This document shows, one piece after another, positions 37,877 through 47,533 of a DNA stretch of 64,000 nt; the stretch's first letter is position 1, and each line of letters opens with the position of its first letter. The stretch spans positions 974-64,973 of the forward strand of contig JAXDBC010000134.1 in the NCBI GenBank assembly GCA_034679225.1, in the 5' to 3' direction. The notes beneath the pieces are model-generated. The model saw nothing but the letters and a program-made list of their open reading frames with translations, had not been told where the DNA came from and ran no database searches. A program made the position numbers and the translations under genes. This DNA comes from Bacteroidales bacterium (GTDB taxonomy: Bacteria > Bacteroidota > Bacteroidia > Bacteroidales > VadinHA17).

Positions 37877-40537
37877 TCAAACCTGCATGCCGGCTGTTTT
37901 CCTTTTCAGGAATGCTTCCGCTCCAGAGAGAGCAGCGTTTAATCCCATTGGATTCTTGCCTCCGGCGGAGGCAAGGAAAGGCTGGCCTCCGCCTCCTCCC
38001 TTAATTTCTCCGGATATTTCTTTTATTATTTCAACAGCGCTTAATTTCAGGCTGTCAACCAGTTTATCGCTTACCATTACAAATAAGCTGGCCTTATTGC
38101 CGATTGAGGCGCCGATTACCAGTACGGTGTTATCGGACGATTCGCGGACCTTGTAGGCTATGGTTTTAAGCATGTCTGCAGAGTCTGTATCAATGATACC
38201 TGAGATAAACCTGATGCCGTTTATAGTCTCAGCTTTGGCTTCCATCTGACTGATCATGGACATTGCTGCACCGGTTTCGAGTTTTTCAATCAATTTCTTA
38301 AGCTGAGTGTTCTCGGTTAACAGTCTTTCAACGCTTTCCCTGAAGTTGCCGGAACTTTTCAGTAATGCCGCAACTTCGTCGGCAGCATCGATTTTCTCAT
38401 TCATATATTCCAAGGCTTTTTCAGCTGTCAGGGCTTCGATCCGGCGGATGCCTGCTGCAATGCCGCCTTCGGAAATGATCTTTATGATTCCTATTCTTCC
38501 TGTATTTTCGACGTGGGTTCCTCCGCACAGTTCGACCGAATCTCCGAATTTCACCACTCTCACGCTGTCTCCGTACTTTTCACCGAACAGCGCTATTGCT
38601 CCCATCCGGCGGGCTTCCTCCATGGGTACTCCTTCGGAGGCTTCACGGCTCACATTTTCCCTGACCATGCGGTTGGCTTCTTTTTCCACTTTTCTCAGCT
38701 CCTCCTTTGTGAGGCGGGCAAAGTGGCTGAAGTCGAATCTGAGGCGTTCGGGTGTTACCAGCGATCCTTTCTGTTCCACATGATTCCCAAGAACTTTCCT
38801 GAGGGCATGATGGAGAATGTGGGTGGCAGTATGGTTACAGGCTGTCATCAGCCGTTTGTTGAGATCCACAACAGCATGGAACATCTCATGGGGCGTGGAT
38901 ATTTTTCCATGACTGATGTGTATTATCGCGTTGTTTTCCTTTATGGTATCCGTGATTTCTATTTTTTGTGATCCTGAGACCAGGTATCCCGTGTCGCCCA
39001 CCTGTCCGCCCGATTCGGCATAGAAAGGAGTCTTGTCAAGAATAATCTGGAGGCTTTCCTTTCCCTTGAATCTTATTGTCCTGTATTTGGTTATCAGAAC
39101 ATTATCCTCGGTTTGGTTGTACCCTGTGAATACTGTCTCCCCGGCCTCCCTTACTATAATCCAGTCGCCTGCTTCGACAGCAGCATCTTCCCTCGACCTG
39201 TTCTTCTGACCTTTCATTTCTTCCCCGAAGCCATCGATATCGGTTTTTATCCCCTTTTCCTTAAGTATGAGCCGGGTCAGATCGATGGGGAATCCGAATG
39301 TATCATAAAGCTCGAACGCGGATTTTCCCGGAAGGGTGTCGCTCCCTTCTTTTCTCAGCTCCTCGACTTTCTTCTCTATCAGTTTGAGACCTTTCCCGAG
39401 TGTTTTAAGGAAGGATGTTTCTTCCTCGAGTATCACTTTGGAAATATTGTCCATTCCAGTTCTGAGTTCAGGGTAGCTTTCCCCCATAGTATCGGCAAGG
39501 GCAGGGACAAGCTTGTAGAGGAAGGGCTCTTCCATCCCGAGGTTGTTGTAACCGTATCTTACGGCTCTCCGGAGGATTCTTCTTATCACATAGCCGGCCT
39601 TGTTGTTTGAAGGCATCTGGCCTTCGGCAATTGAAAAGGCAATTGCCCTGAGATGATCGGCGACAACCCGCAGGGCAATATCCCAGTTGTCCTTCACCCC
39701 GTATTTCTTCCCCGTGATTTCAGATATTCGCGAAATAACCGACTGGAATATATCCGTATCATAATTTGATTTCCTGCCCTGAACGACCATACAGAGCCTC
39801 TCAAATCCCATTCCGGTATCGACATGGCGAGCCGGAAGAAGTTCAAGTTTCCCGTTTGAGAGCCGGTTATACTGGATGAAAACAAGGTTCCATATCTCTA
39901 TAACCTGGTGGTGTCCTTTGTTCACCAGTTCGTGCCCGGGAATCTTCTTTCTTTCAGCATCATCCCTGATATCCACATGGATCTCGGAGCAGGGTCCGCA
40001 GGGTCCGGTTTCTCCCATTTCCCAGAAATTATCCTTTTTGGAGCCGTTGAGAATCCTGCCTTCAGCTGAAGCGAAGCATTTATTCCAGCATTCAAATGCT
40101 TCATCATCCCTGGGAACATTTTCTTCGGGGCTTCCCTCGAACACTGTTGCATACAGCCTGTCTTCCTCCAGCCCCAGTTCTTTCACTAGGAATTCCCATG
40201 CCCAGTCTATTGCTTCCTTTTTAAAATAATCGCCGAATGACCAGTTACCAAGCATTTCGAACATGGTATGATGGTAAGTGTCATGTCCAACCTCTTCAAG
40301 ATCATTGTGTTTTCCCGATACCCGAAGGCATTTCTGGGAATTTGCCACTCGGGGGCTTGCAGCTGACTGGTTGCCCAAAAAAATATCCTTGAACTGGTTC
40401 ATGCCTGCGTTTGTAAACATGAGAGTCGGGTCATTCTTTATGACCATGGGTGCTGAAGGAACAATAAGGTGTTGTTTTGACTTGAAAAAATCAAAGAATA
40501 ATTGTCTCAGTTCGTTGGATTTTAATGGGATCGGCAT
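37877..40537 (-). CDS. alaS: Alanine--tRNA ligase
   Basis: Motifs DPTLMFTNAGMNQFK, HHTMFEMLGNWSFGDYFK, NHTATH, ELCGGTH and GGGGG. Start approximate. Confidence 0.98.
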   Translation of the reverse strand: MPIPLKSNELRQLFFDFFKSKQHLIVPSAPMVIKNDPTLMFTNAGMNQFKDIFLGNQSAASPRVANSQKCLRVSGKHNDLEEVGHDTYHHTMFEMLGNWSFGDYFKKEAIDWAWEFLVKELGLEEDRLYATVFEGSPEENVPRDDEAFECWNKCFASAEGRILNGSKKDNFWEMGETGPCGPCSEIHVDIRDDAERKKIPGHELVNKGHHQVIEIWNLVFIQYNRLSNGKLELLPARHVDTGMGFERLCMVVQGRKSNYDTDIFQSVISRISEITGKKYGVKDNWDIALRVVADHLRAIAFSIAEGQMPSNNKAGYVIRRILRRAVRYGYNNLGMEEPFLYKLVPALADTMGESYPELRTGMDNISKVILEEETSFLKTLGKGLKLIEKKVEELRKEGSDTLPGKSAFELYDTFGFPIDLTRLILKEKGIKTDIDGFGEEMKGQKNRSREDAAVEAGDWIIVREAGETVFTGYNQTEDNVLITKYRTIRFKGKESLQIILDKTPFYAESGGQVGDTGYLVSGSQKIEITDTIKENNAIIHISHGKISTPHEMFHAVVDLNKRLMTACNHTATHILHHALRKVLGNHVEQKGSLVTPERLRFDFSHFARLTKEELRKVEKEANRMVRENVSREASEGVPMEEARRMGAIALFGEKYGDSVRVVKFGDSVELCGGTHVENTGRIGIIKIISEGGIAAGIRRIEALTAEKALEYMNEKIDAADEVAALLKSSGNFRESVERLLTENTQLKKLIEKLETGAAMSMISQMEAKAETINGIRFISGIIDTDSADMLKTIAYKVRESSDNTVLVIGASIGNKASLFVMVSDKLVDSLKLSAVEIIKEISGEIKGGGGGQPFLASAGGKNPMGLNAALSGAEAFLKRKTAGMQV

Positions 40538-40590
40538 GGAATTATACAATAATTAACAAAAATTTGAGTTGTAAAATTAATTTATTTGTA

Positions 40591-40598
40591 TAGATTTG
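40591..40598 (+). promoter_or_regulatory. -7 element (TAGATTTG) for the first M23 gene
   Basis: TAnnTTTG about 30 nt upstream of ATG 40630. Confidence 0.45.
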
Positions 40599-40629
40599 TC
40601 AATTCCAGCAAAAAAAACCGGGGTAGTTA

Positions 40630-41592
40630 ATGTTCAGACGAAAATACTTTCTTGATCCCATAGATTTGCAATACAAGCGGGTGAGGCTGGCATGGAAGGG
40701 TAAACTTATAAGATTTATTCTTTTCATGACCGCTGCAATTGCCGTAACTATTCTCTATACATCTGTTTTCAACAGCATGTTTGGTGCTCCTAAGGAAAAG
40801 GCCCTCAAGCAGGAGATCGAAAATCTCAGGTTGAAATATTCAATTCTGGAAATGAGCATCGAAAATGCCCTTCTTACATTGGGTGATCTGGAGTTGTCGG
40901 ACGGCAATCGCTACAGGCCTGTTCTCGAGATGGATTCCGTACCCGCTTCAATCCGGAAAATGGGAACCGGGGGTGTCAGCAGGTATGATGAGCTGGAAGG
41001 TTACGATAATACACCGCTTCTTATGAGTACCCGCGGAAAGGTTGATGAAATAAAGAACCGCGCGGCGGTCCAGCTTGAGTCTTTCAGAGCTATTGAAGCA
41101 CAAAAGGATGAATGGAAGCGCCAGATGGAGTATCTTCCTATGATAAGTCCGGTTAACGTGATTTACCGCCTCGGTGACGGTGTCAAGTTCAGGGAAAAGC
41201 ATCCTGTACTGGGGACGCCTCAATGGCATCACGGGCAGGATTTCAGTACTCCTCACGGTACAGAGGTGTATGTAACCGGATCTGGAACTGTGATCGATGC
41301 AGGATGGAACGGCGGTTTCGGCAACTGTGTGGTTATAGATCACGGGTATGGTTTCCGTACAACCTATGGTCATCTCAGTTCCATTAAGGTAAGCAAAGGA
41401 CTGAACGTCAAACGCGGTGACCTGATCGGGCTGAGCGGAAGCACAGGCACCTCATCGGGTCCTCACCTTCATTACCAGATTGACCTCTTTGGTCAGCACA
41501 AAAACCCTCTCTATTATTTCAATGACGATCTGACCGAAGACGAGTACTTCGACATGATCCAGACACTTACATCTCATTCCAGTCTGAGGTAA
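40630..41592 (+). CDS. M23 family metallopeptidase (paralog 1)
   Basis: TM plus coiled coil, with motifs HHGQD, YGHL and GPHLHY. Confidence 0.9.
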   Translation: MFRRKYFLDPIDLQYKRVRLAWKGKLIRFILFMTAAIAVTILYTSVFNSMFGAPKEKALKQEIENLRLKYSILEMSIENALLTLGDLELSDGNRYRPVLEMDSVPASIRKMGTGGVSRYDELEGYDNTPLLMSTRGKVDEIKNRAAVQLESFRAIEAQKDEWKRQMEYLPMISPVNVIYRLGDGVKFREKHPVLGTPQWHHGQDFSTPHGTEVYVTGSGTVIDAGWNGGFGNCVVIDHGYGFRTTYGHLSSIKVSKGLNVKRGDLIGLSGSTGTSSGPHLHYQIDLFGQHKNPLYYFNDDLTEDEYFDMIQTLTSHSSLR

Positions 41593-41665
41593 CAATCAGG
41601 GGAATTTTGTCCTGCCGATGCCGGTTCTTTTCACCGGCCGGGTTTTAATTATATAATGAAATAAT

Positions 41666-41673
41666 TATCTTTG
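41666..41673 (+). promoter_or_regulatory. -7 element (TATCTTTG) for the second M23 gene
   Basis: TAnnTTTG just upstream of ATG 41681, which would give a near-leaderless transcript. Confidence 0.45.
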
Positions 41674-41680
41674 CCTTGTC

Positions 41681-42652
41681 ATGAGGAAGCCGAAATACAA
41701 ATTCAATCCGGAATCGCTGAGTTTTGACAAGATAAGCCTTGGAGTCAGGGATATTCTTCTCAGGACACTTGCAATCCTGATTGGCTCTGTAATTGTCGCC
41801 GTCGTTTTCAATTTTCTTTATGGCATTTTTTTCGATACTCCCAAGGAGAAAGCTCTCAAGAGGGAGATTGAGCAGTTATCGCTGCAGTATGACATTGTTC
41901 ACAGGGAAATGGCCAATCTTGAGAAAGTTATCGAGCATCTCCAGGAAACTGACGATAACCTGTACAGGACAATATTCGGGGCAGAACCTATCCAGTCTAC
42001 CCAAAGGCAGGCAGGGATTGGAGGTGTCAACAGGTACGATGAACTTGAGGGTTACAACAATTCAAAGCTGGTTATCGAGACTGCCAGGCGTCTCGACGGC
42101 ATCAGAAAGACGGTATATGTCCAGTCAAAGTCGTTCGATGAGCTGATACTCATGTCGAGGGAAAAGGAGGATATGCTCCGGTCGATCCCGGCAATAATCC
42201 CGATCTCGACCAAGGACCTGACCAGAATAGCTTCGGGTTTCGGCTTAAGGATTCATCCTATTTACAAGATCAGTAAATTTCATGCAGGAATGGATTTCAC
42301 GGCGCCTCTCGGCTCTGAAATATATGCTTCGGGTGACGGGACAATAGAATCGGTGAATTCCGGAAAGAGGGGGATGGGCAACTATATTGTCATCAACCAT
42401 GGCTTCGGTTACAGCTCCGTTTATGCTCACCTCGACAGCTTCGCCGTAAGGGCCGGCCAGAAGGTTCACAGGGGCGATGTGATAGGTTATGTTGGTGATA
42501 CCGGCCTTTCAATTGCACCCCATCTGCATTATGAGATACTGCTGAACGGGCAGCATGTCGATCCTGTCAATTACTTCTTTAATGATCTTTCAGCAGCCGA
42601 ATACGAAGAAATGATCGAGATTGCCTCAAGAACGGGACAGTCGTTCGATTGA
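41681..42652 (+). CDS. M23 family metallopeptidase (paralog 2)
   Basis: Motifs HAGMDF, YAHL and APHLHYE, with the same architecture as the upstream gene. Confidence 0.92.
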   Translation: MRKPKYKFNPESLSFDKISLGVRDILLRTLAILIGSVIVAVVFNFLYGIFFDTPKEKALKREIEQLSLQYDIVHREMANLEKVIEHLQETDDNLYRTIFGAEPIQSTQRQAGIGGVNRYDELEGYNNSKLVIETARRLDGIRKTVYVQSKSFDELILMSREKEDMLRSIPAIIPISTKDLTRIASGFGLRIHPIYKISKFHAGMDFTAPLGSEIYASGDGTIESVNSGKRGMGNYIVINHGFGYSSVYAHLDSFAVRAGQKVHRGDVIGYVGDTGLSIAPHLHYEILLNGQHVDPVNYFFNDLSAAEYEEMIEIASRTGQSFD

Positions 42653-42667
42653 TGATATCACAATACC

Positions 42668-43003
42668 ATGCCGTACAGGGAGAAGAAAATTGAGAAACTC
42701 TATTATTCCATAGGGGAGGTTTCCAGAATGCTTGGAGTTCCGGTTTCCACAGTAAGATTCTGGGAAAATGAATTCAGGATACTGAAGCCCATGAAAAACA
42801 AAAAGGGCAACAGGATGTTTACCTCAAGAGATTTGAAGAATCTTAAAATCATTCATCGCCTTCTGAAGCACGAGGGCATGACAATTGCCGGGGTAAATAA
42901 GAAGCTGTCGGGAAAATGGGAAGAAACCGACCGTGTCTATGAGATCGGGGAATCGCTGAAACGGATAAGGAGTCTTCTTGTTGAATTACGAGATAGCATC
43001 TGA
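42668..43003 (+). CDS. MerR family transcriptional regulator
   Basis: Motifs YSIGEVS..STVRFWE and GNRMF. Confidence 0.9.
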   Translation: MPYREKKIEKLYYSIGEVSRMLGVPVSTVRFWENEFRILKPMKNKKGNRMFTSRDLKNLKIIHRLLKHEGMTIAGVNKKLSGKWEETDRVYEIGESLKRIRSLLVELRDSI

Positions 43004-43004
43004 G

Positions 43005-44099
43005 ATGAAAACCGGGGAATTATGTTCATATCTCGATGCTGTTGTTCCGCTTTCACTCCAGGAAAGCTATGATAATTCGGGACTTCAGGTTGGCCGGCAG
43101 GAAAAGGAGATAGAAGCAGCCCTGATTACGCTTGATGTCACGGAGGAAGTACTGGAAGAAGCGGTCAGCAAGGGCTGCGGACTGATCATTTCGCATCACC
43201 CTGTTATTTTTAAAGGACTTAGAAAGCTTGCCTGGAGCAGCCCTGTGGAAAGGATCATAGCCCGGGCGATCAGGAACGACATTGCAATCTACTCAGCACA
43301 TACCAACCTCGATATGCTTGGCTCCGGAGTCAGCAGAAAACTTGCTGAAAAACTGGGATTGTCAGATATCAGTGTACTTCAGCCACTTGAGGGAAGGCTG
43401 TTGAAACTGGTAACATTTGTTCCGTCTGAACATCTCGGGAAGGTCAGGAATGCAGTTTTTCAGGCTGGTGCAGGATATATAGGGAACTATGATTGTTGCG
43501 GCTTTGTAGTTTCGGGAAAAGGCAGTTTCAGGGCAGGCGAGGGGACAAATCCTTTTGTGGGAGAGCAGGGAGAGATGCATTTTGAGAACGAAGAAAGGTT
43601 TGAAACCGTTTTGTTTTCACATTTGAAGGGAAGGGTAATTAAAGCTTTGCTTGAGGCGCATCCATATGAGGAAGTGGCTTATGACCTGTACCGGTTGGAG
43701 AATGATAATACTGATCTGGGCCTGGGTTGTTACGGGTATCTTCCTGAGGCTATAAGTGACAGGGATTTTCTTGCACTTGTTGCTGAAAAACTTCAGTCGG
43801 GCGGCTTGCGCCATTCAGCTTTAAATGGTACCAGCATCAGGAAAGTGGCCGTCTGTGGCGGATCGGGATCGTCACTTCTCCGCGACGCGATAGCATGCAG
43901 GGCTGACGCTTTTGTAACGGGAGACATTAAATATCATACATGGTTTGAAACTGACAACAAGATACTTCTGGCTGATTGCGGACATTTTGAAAGCGAAAAA
44001 TTCGCCGTTGAAGTTTTGCACGATCTAATTATTAAAAAATTCCCTAAATTTGCACTCCGGTTTTCTGAGACAAATACGAATCCGATAAATTATCTGTAA
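43005..44099 (+). CDS. Nif3-like dinuclear metal centre protein (with PII-like insert)
   Basis: Motifs YDNSGLQVG, SHHP, HTNLD, HPYEEVAYD and GHFESE. Confidence 0.92.
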   Translation: MKTGELCSYLDAVVPLSLQESYDNSGLQVGRQEKEIEAALITLDVTEEVLEEAVSKGCGLIISHHPVIFKGLRKLAWSSPVERIIARAIRNDIAIYSAHTNLDMLGSGVSRKLAEKLGLSDISVLQPLEGRLLKLVTFVPSEHLGKVRNAVFQAGAGYIGNYDCCGFVVSGKGSFRAGEGTNPFVGEQGEMHFENEERFETVLFSHLKGRVIKALLEAHPYEEVAYDLYRLENDNTDLGLGCYGYLPEAISDRDFLALVAEKLQSGGLRHSALNGTSIRKVAVCGGSGSSLLRDAIACRADAFVTGDIKYHTWFETDNKILLADCGHFESEKFAVEVLHDLIIKKFPKFALRFSETNTNPINYL

Positions 44100-44100
44100 A

Positions 44101-44880
44101 ATGGAAAAACCAAAAACATATGAAGCTGAGATTTCTGTAGAGGAGAGGCTTAGGGCACTTATCAGCCTGCAGCTGGTGGATTCAGAAATAGACAAGATAA
44201 AAACACTTAGAGGGGAGCTTCCGTTGGAGGTTCAGGATCTTGAGGACGAAATTGCAGGACTTGAGACGAGGCTCGGAAACCTTAGGGAAGATGTGGTCAA
44301 TCTCGAGAAATCCATTTCAAAGAAGAATCAGGAGATCGCTGAAGCTGAATCGCTGATAAAGAAATATGAGGAGCAGCAGAAGAATGTAAGGAATAACCGC
44401 GAATATGATTCCCTGTCGAAAGAGATTGAGTTCCAGAATCTTGAAATAGAGCTCTTCAACAAGAAGATCAAGGAATTCAGTCTTCAGATGGAAGAAAAGA
44501 AACTGGTGATAGCTGATTCTGAAGCTACACTCGGCGACCGTCAGTCGGATCTGACCATTAAGAAGGCTGAGCTTGAAGAAATTATTTCCGACACCCAGAA
44601 AGAGGAAGAGGGATTATACACAAAGTCGGATGAAATCCAGAAGAAGATTGAAGACCGCCTGCTCACCGCTTACAAAAGGATACGTTTCAATGCAAGAAAT
44701 GGCCTCGCGGTCGTTCCTGTCCAGAGGGATGCCTGCGGAGGATGTTTCAACCAGATACCGCCTCAAAGGCAGCTTGATATCCGTTCGCGCAAGAAAATCA
44801 TAGTCTGCGAGTACTGCGGCCGTATTCTCGTTGATGATGAGATCGTCAGGGAAAATTCGGAAGAAAAAAAGCAGGCCTGA
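44101..44880 (+). CDS. Coiled-coil protein with C4-type zinc ribbon (CT398/DUF164-like)
   Basis: Long coiled coil followed by ACGGC..CEYCGRIL. Confidence 0.88.
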   Translation: MEKPKTYEAEISVEERLRALISLQLVDSEIDKIKTLRGELPLEVQDLEDEIAGLETRLGNLREDVVNLEKSISKKNQEIAEAESLIKKYEEQQKNVRNNREYDSLSKEIEFQNLEIELFNKKIKEFSLQMEEKKLVIADSEATLGDRQSDLTIKKAELEEIISDTQKEEEGLYTKSDEIQKKIEDRLLTAYKRIRFNARNGLAVVPVQRDACGGCFNQIPPQRQLDIRSRKKIIVCEYCGRILVDDEIVRENSEEKKQA

Positions 44881-44979
44881 TTATCCTATACCAGTATTCC
44901 CTTCCTGATCCCCTTTTTCCTGTCACGGCAGGCATGGCATAGCCTTTCAGTTCATGCACGCGGCTTTTTGTGCATCACG

Positions 44980-44987
44980 TAAATTTG
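44980..44987 (+). promoter_or_regulatory. -7 element (TAAATTTG) for hutU
   Basis: TAnnTTTG about 37 nt upstream of ATG 45025. Confidence 0.5.
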
Positions 44988-45024
44988 CTAATTTTACGTC
45001 AGTAACTATCTTATTCAGCCAGCA

Positions 45025-47040
45025 ATGACAACAGAGGAATTTCGCAAGTCGGTAGCAGAAGGTATTCCTGAATCGCTTCCCGAGCCTAAACCTTATGACG
45101 ACAATGTAAATCATGCGCCCAGGCGTAAGGACATACTCAGTCCCGAAGAAAAGAAGCTTGCTGTAAGAAATGCCCTGAGGTATTTCTCTCCGGAGTTTCA
45201 CAGGATACTGGCCCGGGAGTTTGCTTCTGAGCTAGCTGCCAGGGGAAGGATTTATATGTACAGGTTCAGGCCGGATTATGAAATAAAAGCCAGGCATATC
45301 AGTGAGTTTCCCTGCAAATCTGTTCATGCCGCGGCAATAATGCTGATGATATCCAACAACCTTGATGAAAGGGTTGCCCAGCATCCCCATGAACTGATTA
45401 CCTATGGAGGCAATGGTGCGGTATTTCAGAACTGGGCTCAGTACCGTCTGACCATGAAATACCTTTCTGAAATGACCGATGAGCAAACCCTTGTAATGTA
45501 TTCCGGTCATCCCATGGGGCTTTTCCCTTCGCACAGGGATGCTCCGAGGGTTGTTATTACTAATGGTATGGTTATTCCCAATTATTCATCGCGGGATCAC
45601 TGGGAGAAATTCAATGCCCTTGGTGTTTCGCAATACGGTCAGATGACAGCCGGATCGTATATGTACATAGGTCCGCAGGGTATTGTTCACGGAACAACGA
45701 TAACCATTCTTAATGCCTGTCGCCGGATTGGGAAAAATGAACACAGGGATGGCCCCATCTTATTTGTATCATCGGGCCTGGGAGGAATGTCAGGAGCCCA
45801 GCCCAAAGCGGGTAAAATTGCAGGTGTCATATCAGTGATTGCCGAAATCAACCCATTGGCGGTCAGGAAGCGTTTTTCCCAGGGTTGGGTAGATGAAGTG
45901 ATAAGCGATCTGGACCGGCTTATACTTAGGGTCAGGGAAGCAAGGAAAGAAAATGCAAATGTTTCCATTGCATATGGCGGGAACATTGTCGATCTGTGGG
46001 AACGTCTGGCAGATGAAAATATCCGGGTTGATATCGGTTCCGATCAGACCAGTCTCCATAATCCATGGGCAGGCGGCTATTATCCCGCGGGTGTATCATT
46101 TGAGGAATCGAACAGGATGATCTCAGAGGATCCCGTCAGATTCAGGGAACTTGTAAAGAAATCGCTGAGGCGCCAGGTTGAAGCCATAAACAGACATTGT
46201 GAACGAGGAACCTATTTTTTCGACTATGGAAATGCCTTTTTGCTTGAAGCCTCCAGGGCGGGAGCTGATATATTGAAGCCTGACGGAAGCTTTAGATATC
46301 CGTCGTATGTTGAAGATATTATGGGACCTATGTGCTTCGATTACGGGTTTGGGCCCTTCAGGTGGGTTTGCTGCTCTAATGATGAAGCAGACCTTGAGAA
46401 GACTGACAGGATAGCATATGAAACCCTCGAACGGATAATGCTTAAAGCTCCTGATGAGATAGGGCTTCAGATGGCTGACAATATCAGGTGGATAAGGGAG
46501 GCAGGCAGGAACAGTCTGGTGGTGGGTTCCCAGGCCAGGATTCTGTATGCTGATTCGGAAGGAAGAATTGAGATTGCAAGGGCCTTTAACAAAGCAATAG
46601 CCCGTGGCGAGATTTCTGCACCTGTGGTAATTGGCAGGGATCATCACGACGTATCCGGTACTGACTCACCTTACCGCGAGACTTCCAATATCCGTGACGG
46701 TTCGATGTTTACGGCCGACATGGCTGTTCACAATGTTATTGGCGATTCATTTCGCGGAGCAACATGGGTCTCGATTCATAATGGGGGAGGAGTCGGATGG
46801 GGCGAGGTTATCAACGGCGGTTTCGGGATGGTACTCGACGGATCGCCGGAAACGGAACGCAAGTTGTCAATGATGCTTCACTGGGATGTGAACAACGGAA
46901 TTGCCCGAAGAAGCTGGGCCGGAAACGATGGAGCCTTATTCGCTCTTGAAAGGGAGATGAAACGGACGCCCGGACTTGAGATAACAGTCCCGTATCATGC
47001 AGATGACAATGTTATTGATGAAGCTTTGAATGCAGTTTAA
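45025..47040 (+). CDS. hutU: Urocanate hydratase (long form)
   Basis: Motifs YGQMTAGS..YIGPQGIVHGT, GLGGMSGAQPKA, DQTSLH, GRDHHD and HNGGGVGWG. Confidence 0.96.
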   Translation: MTTEEFRKSVAEGIPESLPEPKPYDDNVNHAPRRKDILSPEEKKLAVRNALRYFSPEFHRILAREFASELAARGRIYMYRFRPDYEIKARHISEFPCKSVHAAAIMLMISNNLDERVAQHPHELITYGGNGAVFQNWAQYRLTMKYLSEMTDEQTLVMYSGHPMGLFPSHRDAPRVVITNGMVIPNYSSRDHWEKFNALGVSQYGQMTAGSYMYIGPQGIVHGTTITILNACRRIGKNEHRDGPILFVSSGLGGMSGAQPKAGKIAGVISVIAEINPLAVRKRFSQGWVDEVISDLDRLILRVREARKENANVSIAYGGNIVDLWERLADENIRVDIGSDQTSLHNPWAGGYYPAGVSFEESNRMISEDPVRFRELVKKSLRRQVEAINRHCERGTYFFDYGNAFLLEASRAGADILKPDGSFRYPSYVEDIMGPMCFDYGFGPFRWVCCSNDEADLEKTDRIAYETLERIMLKAPDEIGLQMADNIRWIREAGRNSLVVGSQARILYADSEGRIEIARAFNKAIARGEISAPVVIGRDHHDVSGTDSPYRETSNIRDGSMFTADMAVHNVIGDSFRGATWVSIHNGGGVGWGEVINGGFGMVLDGSPETERKLSMMLHWDVNNGIARRSWAGNDGALFALEREMKRTPGLEITVPYHADDNVIDEALNAV

Positions 47041-47041
47041 A

Positions 47042-47527
47042 TCAGGCGGATGTTTTACCAAGCAGGACGACAGCCATGGCAACCACGCCTTCCTCTCTTC
47101 CTGTAAAACCCAGTTTTTCAGTTGTAGTGGCCTTGACAGAGACTCTCTCCGGATCAATCATCAGGATAGCTGATATTATTTCCTTCATTTTATCTGAATG
47201 GGGAGCTATCTTCGGCTTTTCGAGACATACGGTGGAGTCGATGTTTATAACATGGAATCCGTCTTTCTGAATAAGCTTCAGTGTATTCCCGAGCAGGATG
47301 GTGCTTCTGATATCCTTGTATCTCTGATCGGTATCGGGGAAATGATAACCGATATCCCTGAGTCCTGCTGCTCCCAGCATGGCATCGCAAATGGCATGAA
47401 GCAGGACATCCCCGTCTGAATGGGCAGGACATCCGCGTTCAGAGGGTATTCTGACTCCTCCGAGCCATAGGTCAAGACCCGGTTCGAGGCGGTGAAAGTC
47501 GATACCCTGGCCTATCCTTATATTCAT
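47042..47527 (-). CDS. ispF: 2-C-methyl-D-erythritol 2,4-cyclodiphosphate synthase
   Basis: Motifs RIGQGIDFH, HSDGDVLLHA and KATTTEKLGFTGREEG. Confidence 0.96.
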   Translation of the reverse strand: MNIRIGQGIDFHRLEPGLDLWLGGVRIPSERGCPAHSDGDVLLHAICDAMLGAAGLRDIGYHFPDTDQRYKDIRSTILLGNTLKLIQKDGFHVINIDSTVCLEKPKIAPHSDKMKEIISAILMIDPERVSVKATTTEKLGFTGREEGVVAMAVVLLGKTSA

Positions 47528-47533
47528 TATTCC

